NCBI GenBank assembly: GCA_029260015.1
Contig: JAJDEB010000008.1
Coordinates: 68,937-132,936 of the forward strand
DNA from: Phycisphaerae bacterium
GTDB lineage: Bacteria; Planctomycetota; Phycisphaerae; UBA1845
Length of the DNA: 64,000 nt
Reading direction: 5' to 3'
Numbering within the stretch: position 1 is the stretch's first letter; each line of letters begins with the position of its first letter. The notes below the pieces were generated by a model that worked only from the letters and a program-made list of their open reading frames with translations, was not told the DNA's origin and made no database searches. Positions 1 through 9,378 of the stretch are shown here, one piece after another. Made by a program: the position numbers and the translations under genes.

Positions 1-1
1 C

Positions 2-2716
2 ATCGTAAACCTCAACACGCTAAATGTCATCGCCACGGTTGACACCGAAGACGAACCAGCCGACGTGGTCTTCGTCGGTGAACCGCGCCGCGCATTTGTG
101 TCATGCTCGCAGGCCAACGTCGTACAAGTGTTCGACCTCGGCAATCTCTCAGTTCCAGTAGCGACACTTCCAATCGAAGGGGAGGATCCGCGCGCACTCG
201 CGTTCAGCGCCGACCGCACCAAGGTTTATGTCGCAATCTTTGAATCGGGCAACGCTACCACCTTGATTACGGGTAACGAGTTTCTGAACTTGCCTCAGCC
301 CATGCAAAACACCAACGGCCCATACGCTGGCGTCAACCCACCACCCAACAATGGCAACGAATTCGACCCACCGATGAATCTCTGCGATCCGATGCCGCCA
401 GGATGTTTTGCAAATCCGCCGCCCGATTGTGTTTGCACCCCCCCGCTCGTTTCTTTGATCGTTCGCAAAGACGATGCCGGCAACTGGCTTGATGACAACG
501 CAGCCGACTGGACCGATTTCGTCAGCGGGCCAAATGCCGATGTATCGGGCAGACCCGTGGGTTGGTACATGCCCGACCACGACGTGGCGGTCATCGACGT
601 CAACACGCTTACTGTTAGCTACATCAGCGGATTAATGAACATCAACATGGCGATGGCTGTGCGGCCGACCGCCGGAGAAGTGACGGTCGTCGGAACGGAA
701 GCAACGAACGACATCCGCTTTGAACCCGTCATCAACGGACGGTTCGTCCGTGTCAACTTGGCCGCGGCTGATCCAACCGGTATCAACCCCACGAACATCG
801 TCGATCTAAACTCGCATTTGACTTATGCCAACACAAGTTCGTTCACACCGGTTCCGCAATCGCAGCGCGACTTATCCGTTGGCGACCCCCGCGCGATCGT
901 ATGGGGCAGCGGTGGAAACCGCGGGTACGTCGCGGCAATGGGTTCAAACAATCTGCTCGTCATCGACGGCGCAGGCAATCGCGTCCAACCCCTTAGCGCC
1001 CCCGACGTCCGCCCCATCGAACTTGACGAAGGCCCGACCGGATTAGCGATCAACCGCACCCGAAACGTGCTGTACGTCTTGAACAAATTCGCTGCAAGCA
1101 TCCAGATGCTCGACCTGACCACCGAAACTGTTGTCGCTTCAATCTCGTTGCATGACCCGACGCCAGCCGCAATACGCGTGGGCCGCAAGCATCTTTACGA
1201 CACGCACAAGAATTCCGGATTGGGACAAATCTCGTGCGCGTCGTGCCATATCGACGGACGCACCGACCGGTTGGCCTGGGATTTGGGCGATCCGTCCGGC
1301 GAGATGCGACCGTTCGATCAAAACTGTGGAAGCATTGAAGGAGCAAACTGCCCGTCTTGGCATCCCTTGAAAGGACCGATGGTCACACAAACGTTTCAAG
1401 ACATCATCGGGAAGGAACCGCACCATTGGCGCGGCGATCGCACCGGCATCGAGGAATTCAACGGTGCGTTCAAGAGCCTGCTCGGCGACGATGATGATTT
1501 GACGCCATTGGAAATGCAGCAATTCGAGGACTTCCTCGCCACCATCGTCATTCCGCCAAATCCAAATCGTGAGTTGGACAATTCGTTGCCCGCGAACCTA
1601 CCGCTCGACGGGCACTTTTCGATCGGACGATTCAGCCCAGCCGGCACGCCGTTGCCACCGGGCAATGCGCTCGCCGGACTCGACAACTTTCGATTCGGGC
1701 AACTCGATGGCGTCGATTGCGTGACGTGCCACACCTTGCCAACCGGAATCAGTTCAAATTTGGTCGTCGGCACGAACGGAATGATCTTCGAGTTTCCAAC
1801 CGGACCCGACGGCGAACTGCATCATGGCATCATCCGCGCCGATGGTTCCAATCAACGAAACTTTAAGGTGGCCCAACTCCGAACCATGCTGGAGAAGACC
1901 GGCTTCGACCAGACGCAGCTTAGTAACAATCGCGGCTTTGGATTCCTCCACGACGGAAGTGTCGATTCAATCACCCGGTTTATCTCGTTGCCGCCATTTA
2001 GCGTCGCCAACGATCAGGAGATCGCCGACCTCGTTGCGTTCATGATGGCGTTCGGCGGATCGGACCTGCCTCTGGGTAGCATAGACGATCCGAATGAATT
2101 GCTCGGTCCGCCAAGCAATGACACACACAGCGCCGTGGGTGTGCAGGTGACGTTTAATGCCGCCAATCAGAATAGCGTTGGACTCGTAAACCTGCTGGGT
2201 CAGATGATCGCGCTTGCCGATACCGGAGCGGTCGGCGTTGTCGCCAAGGGCAAGCAGCTAGACATTCAGCGTGGGTACAAATACGACGGCAGCCAAGTCA
2301 TGCAGTCCGACCGCATGGGCGAACAGTTGACCGTCACCGCGCTAAGAACGTCAGCCGCCACCGGCAACGAAATCACATTCACCGTCACACCGGCTGGCAG
2401 TGAGCATCGCATCGGCGTCGATCGCGACCAGGACGGTTACTTCGATCGCGACGAACTCGACGCGTGCAGCGACCCGGCGAATTCAGCGGTGACGCCAACC
2501 AGCGTGGCAGGTTCCGCCGACTTTGATGGCGATGGTGACATCGATCTTGGCGACTATGAATCGTTTGCCGCATGCATCACGGGGCCATGTGTTTCAGGCG
2601 ACTGCGACGCACCGCTTTACGATTCCGCATGCTGCGCGATTGCCGATCTCGATTTGGACAACGACGTTGACGCAAACGACTACAGAATCCTTCAGTCGGC
2701 GTTTGCTGGCCCCTAA
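2..2716 (+). CDS. Secreted beta-propeller / di-haem cytochrome c peroxidase (CCP/MauG)-like protein with C-terminal dockerin-like repeats; 5' end off-window
   Basis: The frame is open from nt 2 (IVNLNTLNVIATVDTEDEPADVVFVGEP...), so the listed start at 65 is internal. Two CxxCH haem motifs sit in CCP-like context (GQISCASCHIDGRTD; GVDCVTCHTLPTG). N-terminal YVTN-like propeller strands are present (VYVAIFESGN, GYVAAMGSNNLLVID, VLYVLNKFAASIQMLD). The C-terminus has paired Asp-rich Ca-binding repeats (DFDGDGDIDLGDYESF; DLDLDNDVDANDYRILQSAF). Confidence 0.75.
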   Translation: MVNLNTLNVIATVDTEDEPADVVFVGEPRRAFVSCSQANVVQVFDLGNLSVPVATLPIEGEDPRALAFSADRTKVYVAIFESGNATTLITGNEFLNLPQPMQNTNGPYAGVNPPPNNGNEFDPPMNLCDPMPPGCFANPPPDCVCTPPLVSLIVRKDDAGNWLDDNAADWTDFVSGPNADVSGRPVGWYMPDHDVAVIDVNTLTVSYISGLMNINMAMAVRPTAGEVTVVGTEATNDIRFEPVINGRFVRVNLAAADPTGINPTNIVDLNSHLTYANTSSFTPVPQSQRDLSVGDPRAIVWGSGGNRGYVAAMGSNNLLVIDGAGNRVQPLSAPDVRPIELDEGPTGLAINRTRNVLYVLNKFAASIQMLDLTTETVVASISLHDPTPAAIRVGRKHLYDTHKNSGLGQISCASCHIDGRTDRLAWDLGDPSGEMRPFDQNCGSIEGANCPSWHPLKGPMVTQTFQDIIGKEPHHWRGDRTGIEEFNGAFKSLLGDDDDLTPLEMQQFEDFLATIVIPPNPNRELDNSLPANLPLDGHFSIGRFSPAGTPLPPGNALAGLDNFRFGQLDGVDCVTCHTLPTGISSNLVVGTNGMIFEFPTGPDGELHHGIIRADGSNQRNFKVAQLRTMLEKTGFDQTQLSNNRGFGFLHDGSVDSITRFISLPPFSVANDQEIADLVAFMMAFGGSDLPLGSIDDPNELLGPPSNDTHSAVGVQVTFNAANQNSVGLVNLLGQMIALADTGAVGVVAKGKQLDIQRGYKYDGSQVMQSDRMGEQLTVTALRTSAATGNEITFTVTPAGSEHRIGVDRDQDGYFDRDELDACSDPANSAVTPTSVAGSADFDGDGDIDLGDYESFAACITGPCVSGDCDAPLYDSACCAIADLDLDNDVDANDYRILQSAFAGP

Positions 2717-2828
2717 GAATCGGCGTAACATAATCGTCTGTCGCTCCAAGTCAGGTGTGTGTGTGGGTGCGGGCGTCGTTGAATCGATCAGCGGCGCCCG
2801 CGGTATTCACGCGACGTGTTCAGGATGT

Positions 2829-3464
2829 TTAGCGGTTCCCATCGTTGACGAATCCGATGCGCGATGGCGGCCAAACGATGAGCCACGCCCGTCCGCCCAT
2901 CGAGCTGCGTTTGATCGGACCGTCGAAACGACTGTCCCAGGAATCTTCCGAATCGTCGCCGAGAAAGAAGAAGCGATCGCCACAAGGTTGCGTGTGTCCG
3001 TTGGCGAGGTTGCCTTGCGGCTTATAGTTCAGGTATTCTAACGAGTTCGGTGTCTCGAATTGCTTACCGTCGACTTGCGGTTGTCCATCAACCAATCGAA
3101 TCGACTCATTCGGTAGTCCGACAATGCGCTTGGCCACCAACATTCGATCGTCGGTCGTGTACTGAACAACCTCCCACCGACGCGGTTCTCTAAACCAGTG
3201 CGACACGCGCTCGCAAAGCACCCAATCGCTGTCTGCTCCGCCATCACCGCAAAGTGTCGGGGACATCGAACCGGATATGACCTTGGTTAAGTCAAACCCC
3301 GCATAATACACCAGACAGATCAGGCCAAAGAATGCCAGTAAGTCGCGAATGAAGCGAGCCAATCGAACAATCAACCGATGGACCACGCCATTTGTTCTGA
3401 CATTTGTCGGCGTTGCGCTATTGGTGCCGATCTGTTGAAGACTCGTCTCGGCGGGCATGGTCAT
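2829..3464 (-). CDS. lepB: Signal peptidase I (S26 family)
   Basis: N-terminal TM segment. S26 boxes are present: ISGSMSPTL (catalytic Ser), KRIVGLPNESIRL, GDDSEDSWDSRFDGPI. Confidence 0.85.
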   Translation of the reverse strand: MTMPAETSLQQIGTNSATPTNVRTNGVVHRLIVRLARFIRDLLAFFGLICLVYYAGFDLTKVISGSMSPTLCGDGGADSDWVLCERVSHWFREPRRWEVVQYTTDDRMLVAKRIVGLPNESIRLVDGQPQVDGKQFETPNSLEYLNYKPQGNLANGHTQPCGDRFFFLGDDSEDSWDSRFDGPIKRSSMGGRAWLIVWPPSRIGFVNDGNR

Positions 3465-3807
3465 CGTCCTTTTGAATTCTCTTATCGTCGGGTTCTAAAA
3501 TGTTCGCGTCTGCGCATGCCTGTCTTCTGGTAGACGCTACTCGCGCTTGATCATTCGAAACGTCACCCGGTTTCGGGTTACGAAGTTGCCATGCCGCCTT
3601 ACCCGCTCGCGTTGCTCCCCTGGATACAGAAGGTGTGACCACGAGCAAGAACGCGAGCAATCCGCCAGCCGCAACACCAGCCACCCACGACAGTGATTGC
3701 AATGCCGGCTTGGCTTTCATGGGTCTAGGCTCTAGCGCTTCGATCGGTTCGACATTCTTATCCGATCTTGGGGATTGCGAATCCGGAAATTGTTCTTGAT
3801 CATTCAT
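3418..3807 (-). CDS. Hypothetical single-pass membrane protein, translationally coupled to the upstream radical SAM gene
   Basis: Its ATG overlaps the stop of the rSAM gene (ATGA at 3804-3807). Acidic N-terminus, one TM (LSWVAGVAAGGLLAFLLVV) and a charged C-terminus. The 3' end overlaps the lepB start by 47 nt. No recognisable family. Confidence 0.45.
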   Translation of the reverse strand: MNDQEQFPDSQSPRSDKNVEPIEALEPRPMKAKPALQSLSWVAGVAAGGLLAFLLVVTPSVSRGATRAGKAAWQLRNPKPGDVSNDQARVASTRRQACADANILEPDDKRIQKDDDHARRDESSTDRHQ

Positions 3808-4895
3808 GACATTGCTCCTTGATTTTGCATTCGTATTGAAAGCTGAACGGGCTCGTTCAGTGCGTTAGCGGTGGCCGTCATGCAGGCTTGATTCAATGCG
3901 CAGAGTAACCCGTCAGGCTCTGCAACGTTTCCGGTGCGAACATAGTTGCTGCAGCGACAGACCGTGTCGCATTCGCCAGCCATCGCGCAATCGTCACACG
4001 AATCGTGTGATCGCGAAGGCGATTCCGACCCGTTGAGAAAATCGGAACCATCGAAAATATCTCCGGACAGAGCCATCGGATTGCTCGGGCGATCTTCACC
4101 GATCAGCCGCTCACACGGATACATCCGTCCCGATGGCGCAACCGCAATCTCACCATTTCCAAATCCGCATCGCGAAGACTTTTCGATCTTAGCCCCCGCC
4201 AGCATGCCGGCTTTCGCGTCAAACCATGATATTCCCAACTCCGGGATCGCTCGTCGCCAGAGTTTCGCTGACTTTTCAACTGCTCTTTCGAGACGCCGGA
4301 TGTCGTCCGCACTCCATTGCGTCCACAAATCGAGCGACGGCTGAATTCTGGTCACGCCCAGCGACTGCAAGAACGCGATCGTCTCAGGCAATTGCTCGAC
4401 GGTGTCAGGCCGAACCACCGCGATGACCCAAAAATCTCGATCGATTGAAACCAACCTTCGGATCGTTCGATGAACTTTGGCAGCCGTCCCCCGCCCGGAC
4501 GCGGTCAACCGGTGCCGATCATGAACGCTTGCCGCTCCGTCACAACTGATCGAGAGCTCCAACTCCGGGGTCATCATCACCGCCCATGCCTCGCGGCTGA
4601 CGATGGTTCCGTTGGTGGTGAGTGCAAGGCTCAGCCGCTGATCGCGCGTTTGGGTCAACTGGCGGGCGAAGCGGACCAAATTCGTGATCGTTGGCGCGCA
4701 AAGCAAAGGCTCACCGCCAAAGAATCCGATGTTGAGCGTCCCTCCAGGCGACAACGATGCGATGGACCGAACGATCGCCTTCCGCGCAACGGACATCGGC
4801 ATCGTTTTTTCAACCTTGGCACCGGTGTAGCAATAGTCACACCGCAAGTTGCAGGCGTGCGTCAGCATCAGCGTGAGTTCGAAGTTTGCGTACAT
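3804..4895 (-). CDS. Radical SAM enzyme with C-terminal SPASM domain (anSME/peptide-maturase-like)
   Basis: CxxxCxxC cluster (HACNLRCDYCY), GGEPLL and TTNGT motifs. C-terminal Cys clusters typical of SPASM (SSRCGFGNGEIAVAPSGRMYPCERL; SCDDCAMAGECDTVCRCSNY). The ORF is open to 5021, but the ATG at 4895 (MYANFELTL...) has a GAGGG Shine-Dalgarno 8 nt upstream. Confidence 0.8.
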   Translation of the reverse strand: MYANFELTLMLTHACNLRCDYCYTGAKVEKTMPMSVARKAIVRSIASLSPGGTLNIGFFGGEPLLCAPTITNLVRFARQLTQTRDQRLSLALTTNGTIVSREAWAVMMTPELELSISCDGAASVHDRHRLTASGRGTAAKVHRTIRRLVSIDRDFWVIAVVRPDTVEQLPETIAFLQSLGVTRIQPSLDLWTQWSADDIRRLERAVEKSAKLWRRAIPELGISWFDAKAGMLAGAKIEKSSRCGFGNGEIAVAPSGRMYPCERLIGEDRPSNPMALSGDIFDGSDFLNGSESPSRSHDSCDDCAMAGECDTVCRCSNYVRTGNVAEPDGLLCALNQACMTATANALNEPVQLSIRMQNQGAMS

Positions 4896-5334
4896 CGCAT
4901 TGGCCCTCGCATTTCCACCATTCACAGCACGCACCGCGCGCAACATCACCGCCGCATCGAACACGCGTGCTCTAGCCGGTTTGTGAACCCTGGCAACGCC
5001 AATTGCCGCGCGTACGATCACTATTGAGACGATCCGCCTCGTATGAATCCGATTTTTGGGCGCGAACGTTCTTGGATGCTACGCCAGATGTGAAATGGAA
5101 AGCCCGTTAGGTGTTGCAACGAATACCGCTGCAAACGGTGCTAGATATGAATGGAATAATGACTACTCAGATACCAACGGGCAACAGTGCACAAATGGCG
5201 AAGTGATTACCGCAAACACCAACGCCTAAATCACTATTCACTTGTAACAACTTATTGTCAAGAAAAATCGGACCAAAGCATCTGCGTTAAAGCAATTCCC
5301 CGACTTCCGCGACACCGTTTGATCACCAATGGTT

Positions 5335-5413
5335 CGTCACTTCCGCGCAAGTGGGAGTCCAGAACGAGTGATGAGTAACGCGCGGCGCTTGGATTTCCGC
5401 GTTCGCGGGAAAA
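5335..5413 (+). repeat. Copy 1 of an ~81-nt double-hairpin intergenic repeat (inverted relative to copy 2 at 27778-27858)
   Basis: An ungapped hand alignment of 5335-5415 with the reverse complement of 27778-27858 gives 69/81 identities. It contains the hairpin TTTCCGCG-TT-CGCGGGAAA and a degenerate first hairpin. The ORF 5329-5682 that spans it reads ...LDFRVRGKN..., a typical spurious translation of such repeats. Confidence 0.7.
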
Positions 5414-5855
5414 ACATCGGAGCGCAATCCACAAGACGACGCGTGGGCCTACACCAGGCTTCGCTTCGGAAAAGTCCAGATAATGAAACTCATCGCGGTA
5501 GTTCGCGGAATGGCCTGGCTTTCCTCTTTGAAACTCTGCGCAGAATTACATTCGTGCAACGAATGCCTTCGTCTTGGAACCCTATTCTCAATATCAAAAC
5601 CCGCGTTCTTGTCGTTGGCCAACAATTCCTTACAGGATTTGATGACAGGATGACAACTTTGAGCCGTCTATGGTGTAAGTAGACTATGAGCGATGGGCGC
5701 TCGAGAGTACCGATTCCATGACTTGCAATGGGCATTTGCATATCTCGCTCCAAGGATCTGATCGACGAAATGGCGTGACGGAAACCCCGAGTCGAAAAAG
5801 ATCAGAAAGTCAAAATATTTCGCAAGCCACGTCGAACATGCTGGAGGGCGCAGCG

Positions 5856-6023
5856 ATGGTTGAGAATACAAAAGGCGATGAGTCAACCGAGATTCAAAAC
5901 CACCTCCTTGGGTTGAGGAAAAAACTCGACGATGCATGGTGGAATGAGGAACCGCTCGAAACGATACAACAACTCGAAAATGAAATTGCTGAGCGATCTC
6001 GCAATCTCTCGCAAGCAGACTAG
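5856..6023 (+). CDS. Candidate small protein (55 aa, helical/charged)
   Basis: The ATG at 5856 is preceded by GGAGG at 7 nt spacing. The peptide MVENTKGDESTEIQNHLLGLRKKLDDAWWNEEPLETIQQLENEIAERSRNLSQAD looks like a real amphipathic helix rather than random sequence. No family recognised. Confidence 0.3.
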   Translation: MVENTKGDESTEIQNHLLGLRKKLDDAWWNEEPLETIQQLENEIAERSRNLSQAD

Positions 6024-6185
6024 TGGATAGAACCGTTCAGCTGAGCAGAATCAATCAGCAAATTGGCTTCAATAAAACGCTCGCCGACAGACGCAGTGGT
6101 TGGCGAATTAACAAAACTCCAAGACCCTCCTCAACACACACTTGAGGACCACCAAGCCGGTTGACGCACCGGCGCACACACCCGA

Positions 6186-6224
6186 GCCCAAGTCGCACGT
6201 CAATCACCGGCGTGCGTCTTGGGC
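6186..6224 (+). terminator. Strong hairpin followed by a T-rich tract (possible terminator or structured RNA end)
   Basis: GCCCAAGTCGCACG-[11-nt loop]-CGTGCGTCTTGGGC forms a 14-bp stem with one T-T mismatch, followed by TTACTTTATC. A second small hairpin CCGGT-TGACGC-ACCGG lies at 6156-6171. Confidence 0.35.
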
Positions 6225-6487
6225 TTACTTTATCACTTGCCTCGCGCCTAAATTATATTCGGACTTGGCCAAAGCTTCCGAATGGGTTGCGAATCTTTTC
6301 ACAATGCTTGAATCGGCTCAAATCGGACGACAATATGGAATAGTAAACAGCTATGATTGCTGATTTCGAGGCATTGTTTTTTGCTCCCGAAATCGGCAAA
6401 TCCGTGTTAGGCTTTCGATGAGTGTGTGGTGATTAGAGCGATCGACCATTTTGCGTCGATCAAAGTAAAGGCATGGAGGTCAGACGA

Positions 6488-6934
6488 ATGCTCACCGTGG
6501 GAGATTTTCTCAAACGCAAAGGCCATCAAGTGATCTCAGTCAGCCCGGACGCGACGGTCCTAGACGCCGCCCGAATGATGAACGAGCACCATATCGGCGG
6601 TATGACTGTTCTGGAAAACGAAAAAATCGTCGGCATGTTCACCGAGCGCGATGTGCTCAACCGGGTCGTGGCCAAACAGCTCGACCCAGCCGCAACAAAG
6701 ATTCGCGACGTGATGACGTCGCCTGTGGTTACATGTCCCGAGGATTGTGATGTCAACGTATGTGCGGCTGACATGTCCGCCAAAAAGATCCGCCATTTAC
6801 CGGTGATTACGCGGTCCGGCGCAGCCGAGAAACTCGTCGGAATGATTTCAACCGGCGACTTGATGGCCCTCAACGTTTCGCAGAAGCAAGCCCAAATCGA
6901 CCACTTGCACGATTACCTACACGGCCGATCCTGA
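6488..6934 (+). CDS. CBS-domain pair protein
   Basis: Two CBS motifs (HHIGGMTVLENEKIVGMFTERDVLNRV; IRHLPVITR...LVGMISTGDLM). The ORF opens at 6473, but the ATG at 6488 has GGAGG 6 nt upstream. Confidence 0.85.
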   Translation: MLTVGDFLKRKGHQVISVSPDATVLDAARMMNEHHIGGMTVLENEKIVGMFTERDVLNRVVAKQLDPAATKIRDVMTSPVVTCPEDCDVNVCAADMSAKKIRHLPVITRSGAAEKLVGMISTGDLMALNVSQKQAQIDHLHDYLHGRS

Positions 6935-6996
6935 TTATCCGCTGGTTCCGAGCCCTTTCAGCAGGGCATTTGGCGCGGCCCTCATAGTCACGTTCT

Positions 6997-7509
6997 ATGC
7001 GATCCAATCATACAAGTCTGTCGGCATTCAATGGCGAAGTCATGCTGCGCGATGTTCAGCCTGCGGACTTGCCCACGCTCTTCGCGTTTGAGAATGATCC
7101 CACCTGGTGTGCTATGGCGATGGTCAAGTCGCGCAGCGAAGACGAATTTCGTGCGGCTTGGGCAAACATCTTTGATGGGTGGGAAAGCGGAACGACTGAC
7201 GTCATTCAAAAGGTCATTCTCGTGGATGGCGAACTTTGCGGCACGATCGGGTGCCATCGACTGAATAGCCGACACGTCGTGGGGTACGGGCTGGGGAAAG
7301 CCTACTGGGGTCGGCGGATCGCGTCGCGCGCCCTGGGTCTACTATTGGCGGAAGTGCCTATTCGACCCCTACATGCGACGACGGCAGCGACAAATGCAGC
7401 GTCGATTCGCGTCCTCACGAAGCACGGCTTTGCGATTGAAAAAACGCGAATCGCGCCGGAAACCAGACGATGCCTGGCGCGCGAAGAAATGATCTTGGTG
7501 CTCGCGTAA
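6997..7509 (+). CDS. GNAT family N-acetyltransferase (RimJ/RimL-like)
   Basis: GNAT core: VVGYGLGKAYWGRRIASRALGLLL, and ATTAATNAASIRVLTKHGF near the C-terminus. Confidence 0.8.
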   Translation: MRSNHTSLSAFNGEVMLRDVQPADLPTLFAFENDPTWCAMAMVKSRSEDEFRAAWANIFDGWESGTTDVIQKVILVDGELCGTIGCHRLNSRHVVGYGLGKAYWGRRIASRALGLLLAEVPIRPLHATTAATNAASIRVLTKHGFAIEKTRIAPETRRCLAREEMILVLA

Positions 7510-7988
7510 CACACGCCGATTCGAACGCTGCCCGCCGATATCGATGCACACCCGATCTGCGGTGACACTTTGGCGTCAGAGCGCGTCGCAAGCCTCGCTT
7601 CCGGACTATTGACTTCCCAAGTTACAAGAGTTGTGCGAACGGAGTCTGAGGATTCCACGAGCATTCGCCAACCTGAATAACTTCATCGAGAATTCAGCCG
7701 CCCCTAGATAAGTCTCACGGATGCGCGATTGCCCACGCACTGCCAGCTGGCACACAGGGATTTGTATCAACGTCGTCTCGAGTCGAACCTGGTCGATTGG
7801 GCAGTGTGCGTTTTGTGGAGTATACTTGAGAATAACTTGGGGATTAGCAATTCTATTGGGTTCGGTAGCGCGTTTGGCGCTCCCGAAAGTTCGGATTCGC
7901 CAGGAATTCGTGCGCCTTCGTGGCATTGCCGGGGAATTCTGGCAGTTGCGATGCAGCGTTTTGACGATTCCACGGACGGAGGTTCGCT

Positions 7989-8777
7989 ATGCCCATCGAA
8001 TACACGCAAATCCTGAATCGCCTCGTACCAACGCGAATTTCGCAATCGCGAAAAACCGGTCATTTTCCGTGCATCAAGTACCACCTAGCAAAGCTTATTC
8101 TGGCGCAGCATCAATTCCCCGATATCGATTCTCTAATCGAGTTCTGCAACAAGCCAGAAAACCTCGAGACTTGGCTGCCTAGTCCGGCGGATCGGCAACT
8201 CATCTCAGCCGACCTGACCGGCACCCTACGGGAAGCGACGTTTGGACGGTTTTGAACCTCGCTTTGAATCGGAACAGATCTATATTCCTATCCGAGGAAT
8301 CCTGACCACAAAGGCAATTGAATTCGGCTCACTCCTTGTCGTCGATTCTCTCGTGCACCATATTCCAAACACCAATCCGCCACAGCCCCACTACTCATCT
8401 CACGACTTATTTGTCGCAATGGACCTGCGGAGAAACACAGATACCGATCCTGCGGACAATAACGGCTTCACTAGACTCGCAGTCGAATTAAATAGTGCAC
8501 ACAGAACTGGAGGCTCTTCGCATACATACTCGAAGCCAAAGCCAAGACTCATCGCACTTACGCATAAATCGCGTAAGTTTCCCCATTGATTGAATTTATG
8601 ACGCCAACTGAGGGCGATACCCTATGGCTGCTGGCTCCTGATTGGAGTATTTTTCTAACGAGAAATCACAGGCATGAATTTGCCCCAGATTTTCAATTTA
8701 AAGCCGGTTATGAGAACTTACATAGAATCGAATTGGACGACGATTCAGGCAGGCCGCCATGGGTCGAATGCCCCTGA
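7989..8777 (+). pseudogene. Three consecutive overlapping ORFs (7989-8255, 8242-8589, 8586-8777) in frames 0/+1/0: a frameshifted gene remnant or three coupled small ORFs
   Basis: The first ORF has GGAGG 6 nt before its ATG and protein-like sequence. The junctions overlap by 14 nt and 4 nt and the frame changes twice. No recognisable domain. Local GC is lower (27/60 in a hand-counted sample at 8281-8340). Confidence 0.25.
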
Positions 8778-9340
8778 CCGACTCCGAACAAACGGATCGC
8801 GGAATCGCTGGCCTGAAGAACTTCGTACAACGCGTATTGCAATCGAGAGTCGTGCAAAACGCAGTACACCGCTCTGAGTCACACTGGGTACTTGCCAACC
8901 AGCAATTTCATATTTCCCGGTATGCACTCACTGAATAAAAAACGCGATAGGACTAAACCCAGCACGTAGGTCGGCTGGGCTGAAGTGTTCCACGTAGACG
9001 CATGGATGCCGAAGCGCTGGATTTGAGACAGTGTCTATTGGTATTGAGTGCGCCCGTTGAACAGAACCGTTCACAAAGGAAGCCCTCGCTCTTGGCAAGG
9101 GCCAATAGTCACCGTCCCTCTCTTCAGTTCCGCCCCTGCGTTGCTTTTCTACTTCACTCCTTCCGAGCGAATCCATTATCGTAATTATAGACCAACGCCT
9201 ATTGTGTTGATTTAGCCCTATTTCTTTAACACTCAATGGATTAATCGACATCCATAGCCTTGCGGTTAGCGGTCCAAAAAATAGGTCCTATGCAGCGTGG
9301 CGATCAGTCCGTCGTACCCTCGCTGCGAAACGCGAAAATG

Positions 9341-9378
9341 AAACAAAAAAAGACGCTTGGGATGACATCCCAAGCGTC
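9341..9378 (-). terminator. Rho-independent terminator downstream of the PEP-CTERM gene 9450-10133
   Basis: Perfect 11-bp stem GACGCTTGGGA / TCCCAAGCGTC (9352-9362 and 9368-9378) with a 5-nt loop. On the minus strand it is followed by TTTTTTTGTTT (plus-strand A-run 9341-9351). Confidence 0.7.

Noticed and set aside
2740-2765. A short (GT)n tract (GTGTGTGTGTGGGTG) in the convergent spacer between the peroxidase-like gene and lepB.
   Set aside because: It has only about 5 units, with no evidence of function or variability.
7771-7800. GAGTCGAACC, which resembles the reverse complement of a tRNA T-loop (GGTTCGACTC).
   Set aside because: The flanking 5-mers are not complementary, so there is no T-stem. 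No acceptor or anticodon arms can be drawn. No other tRNA-like T-loop was found in the window.
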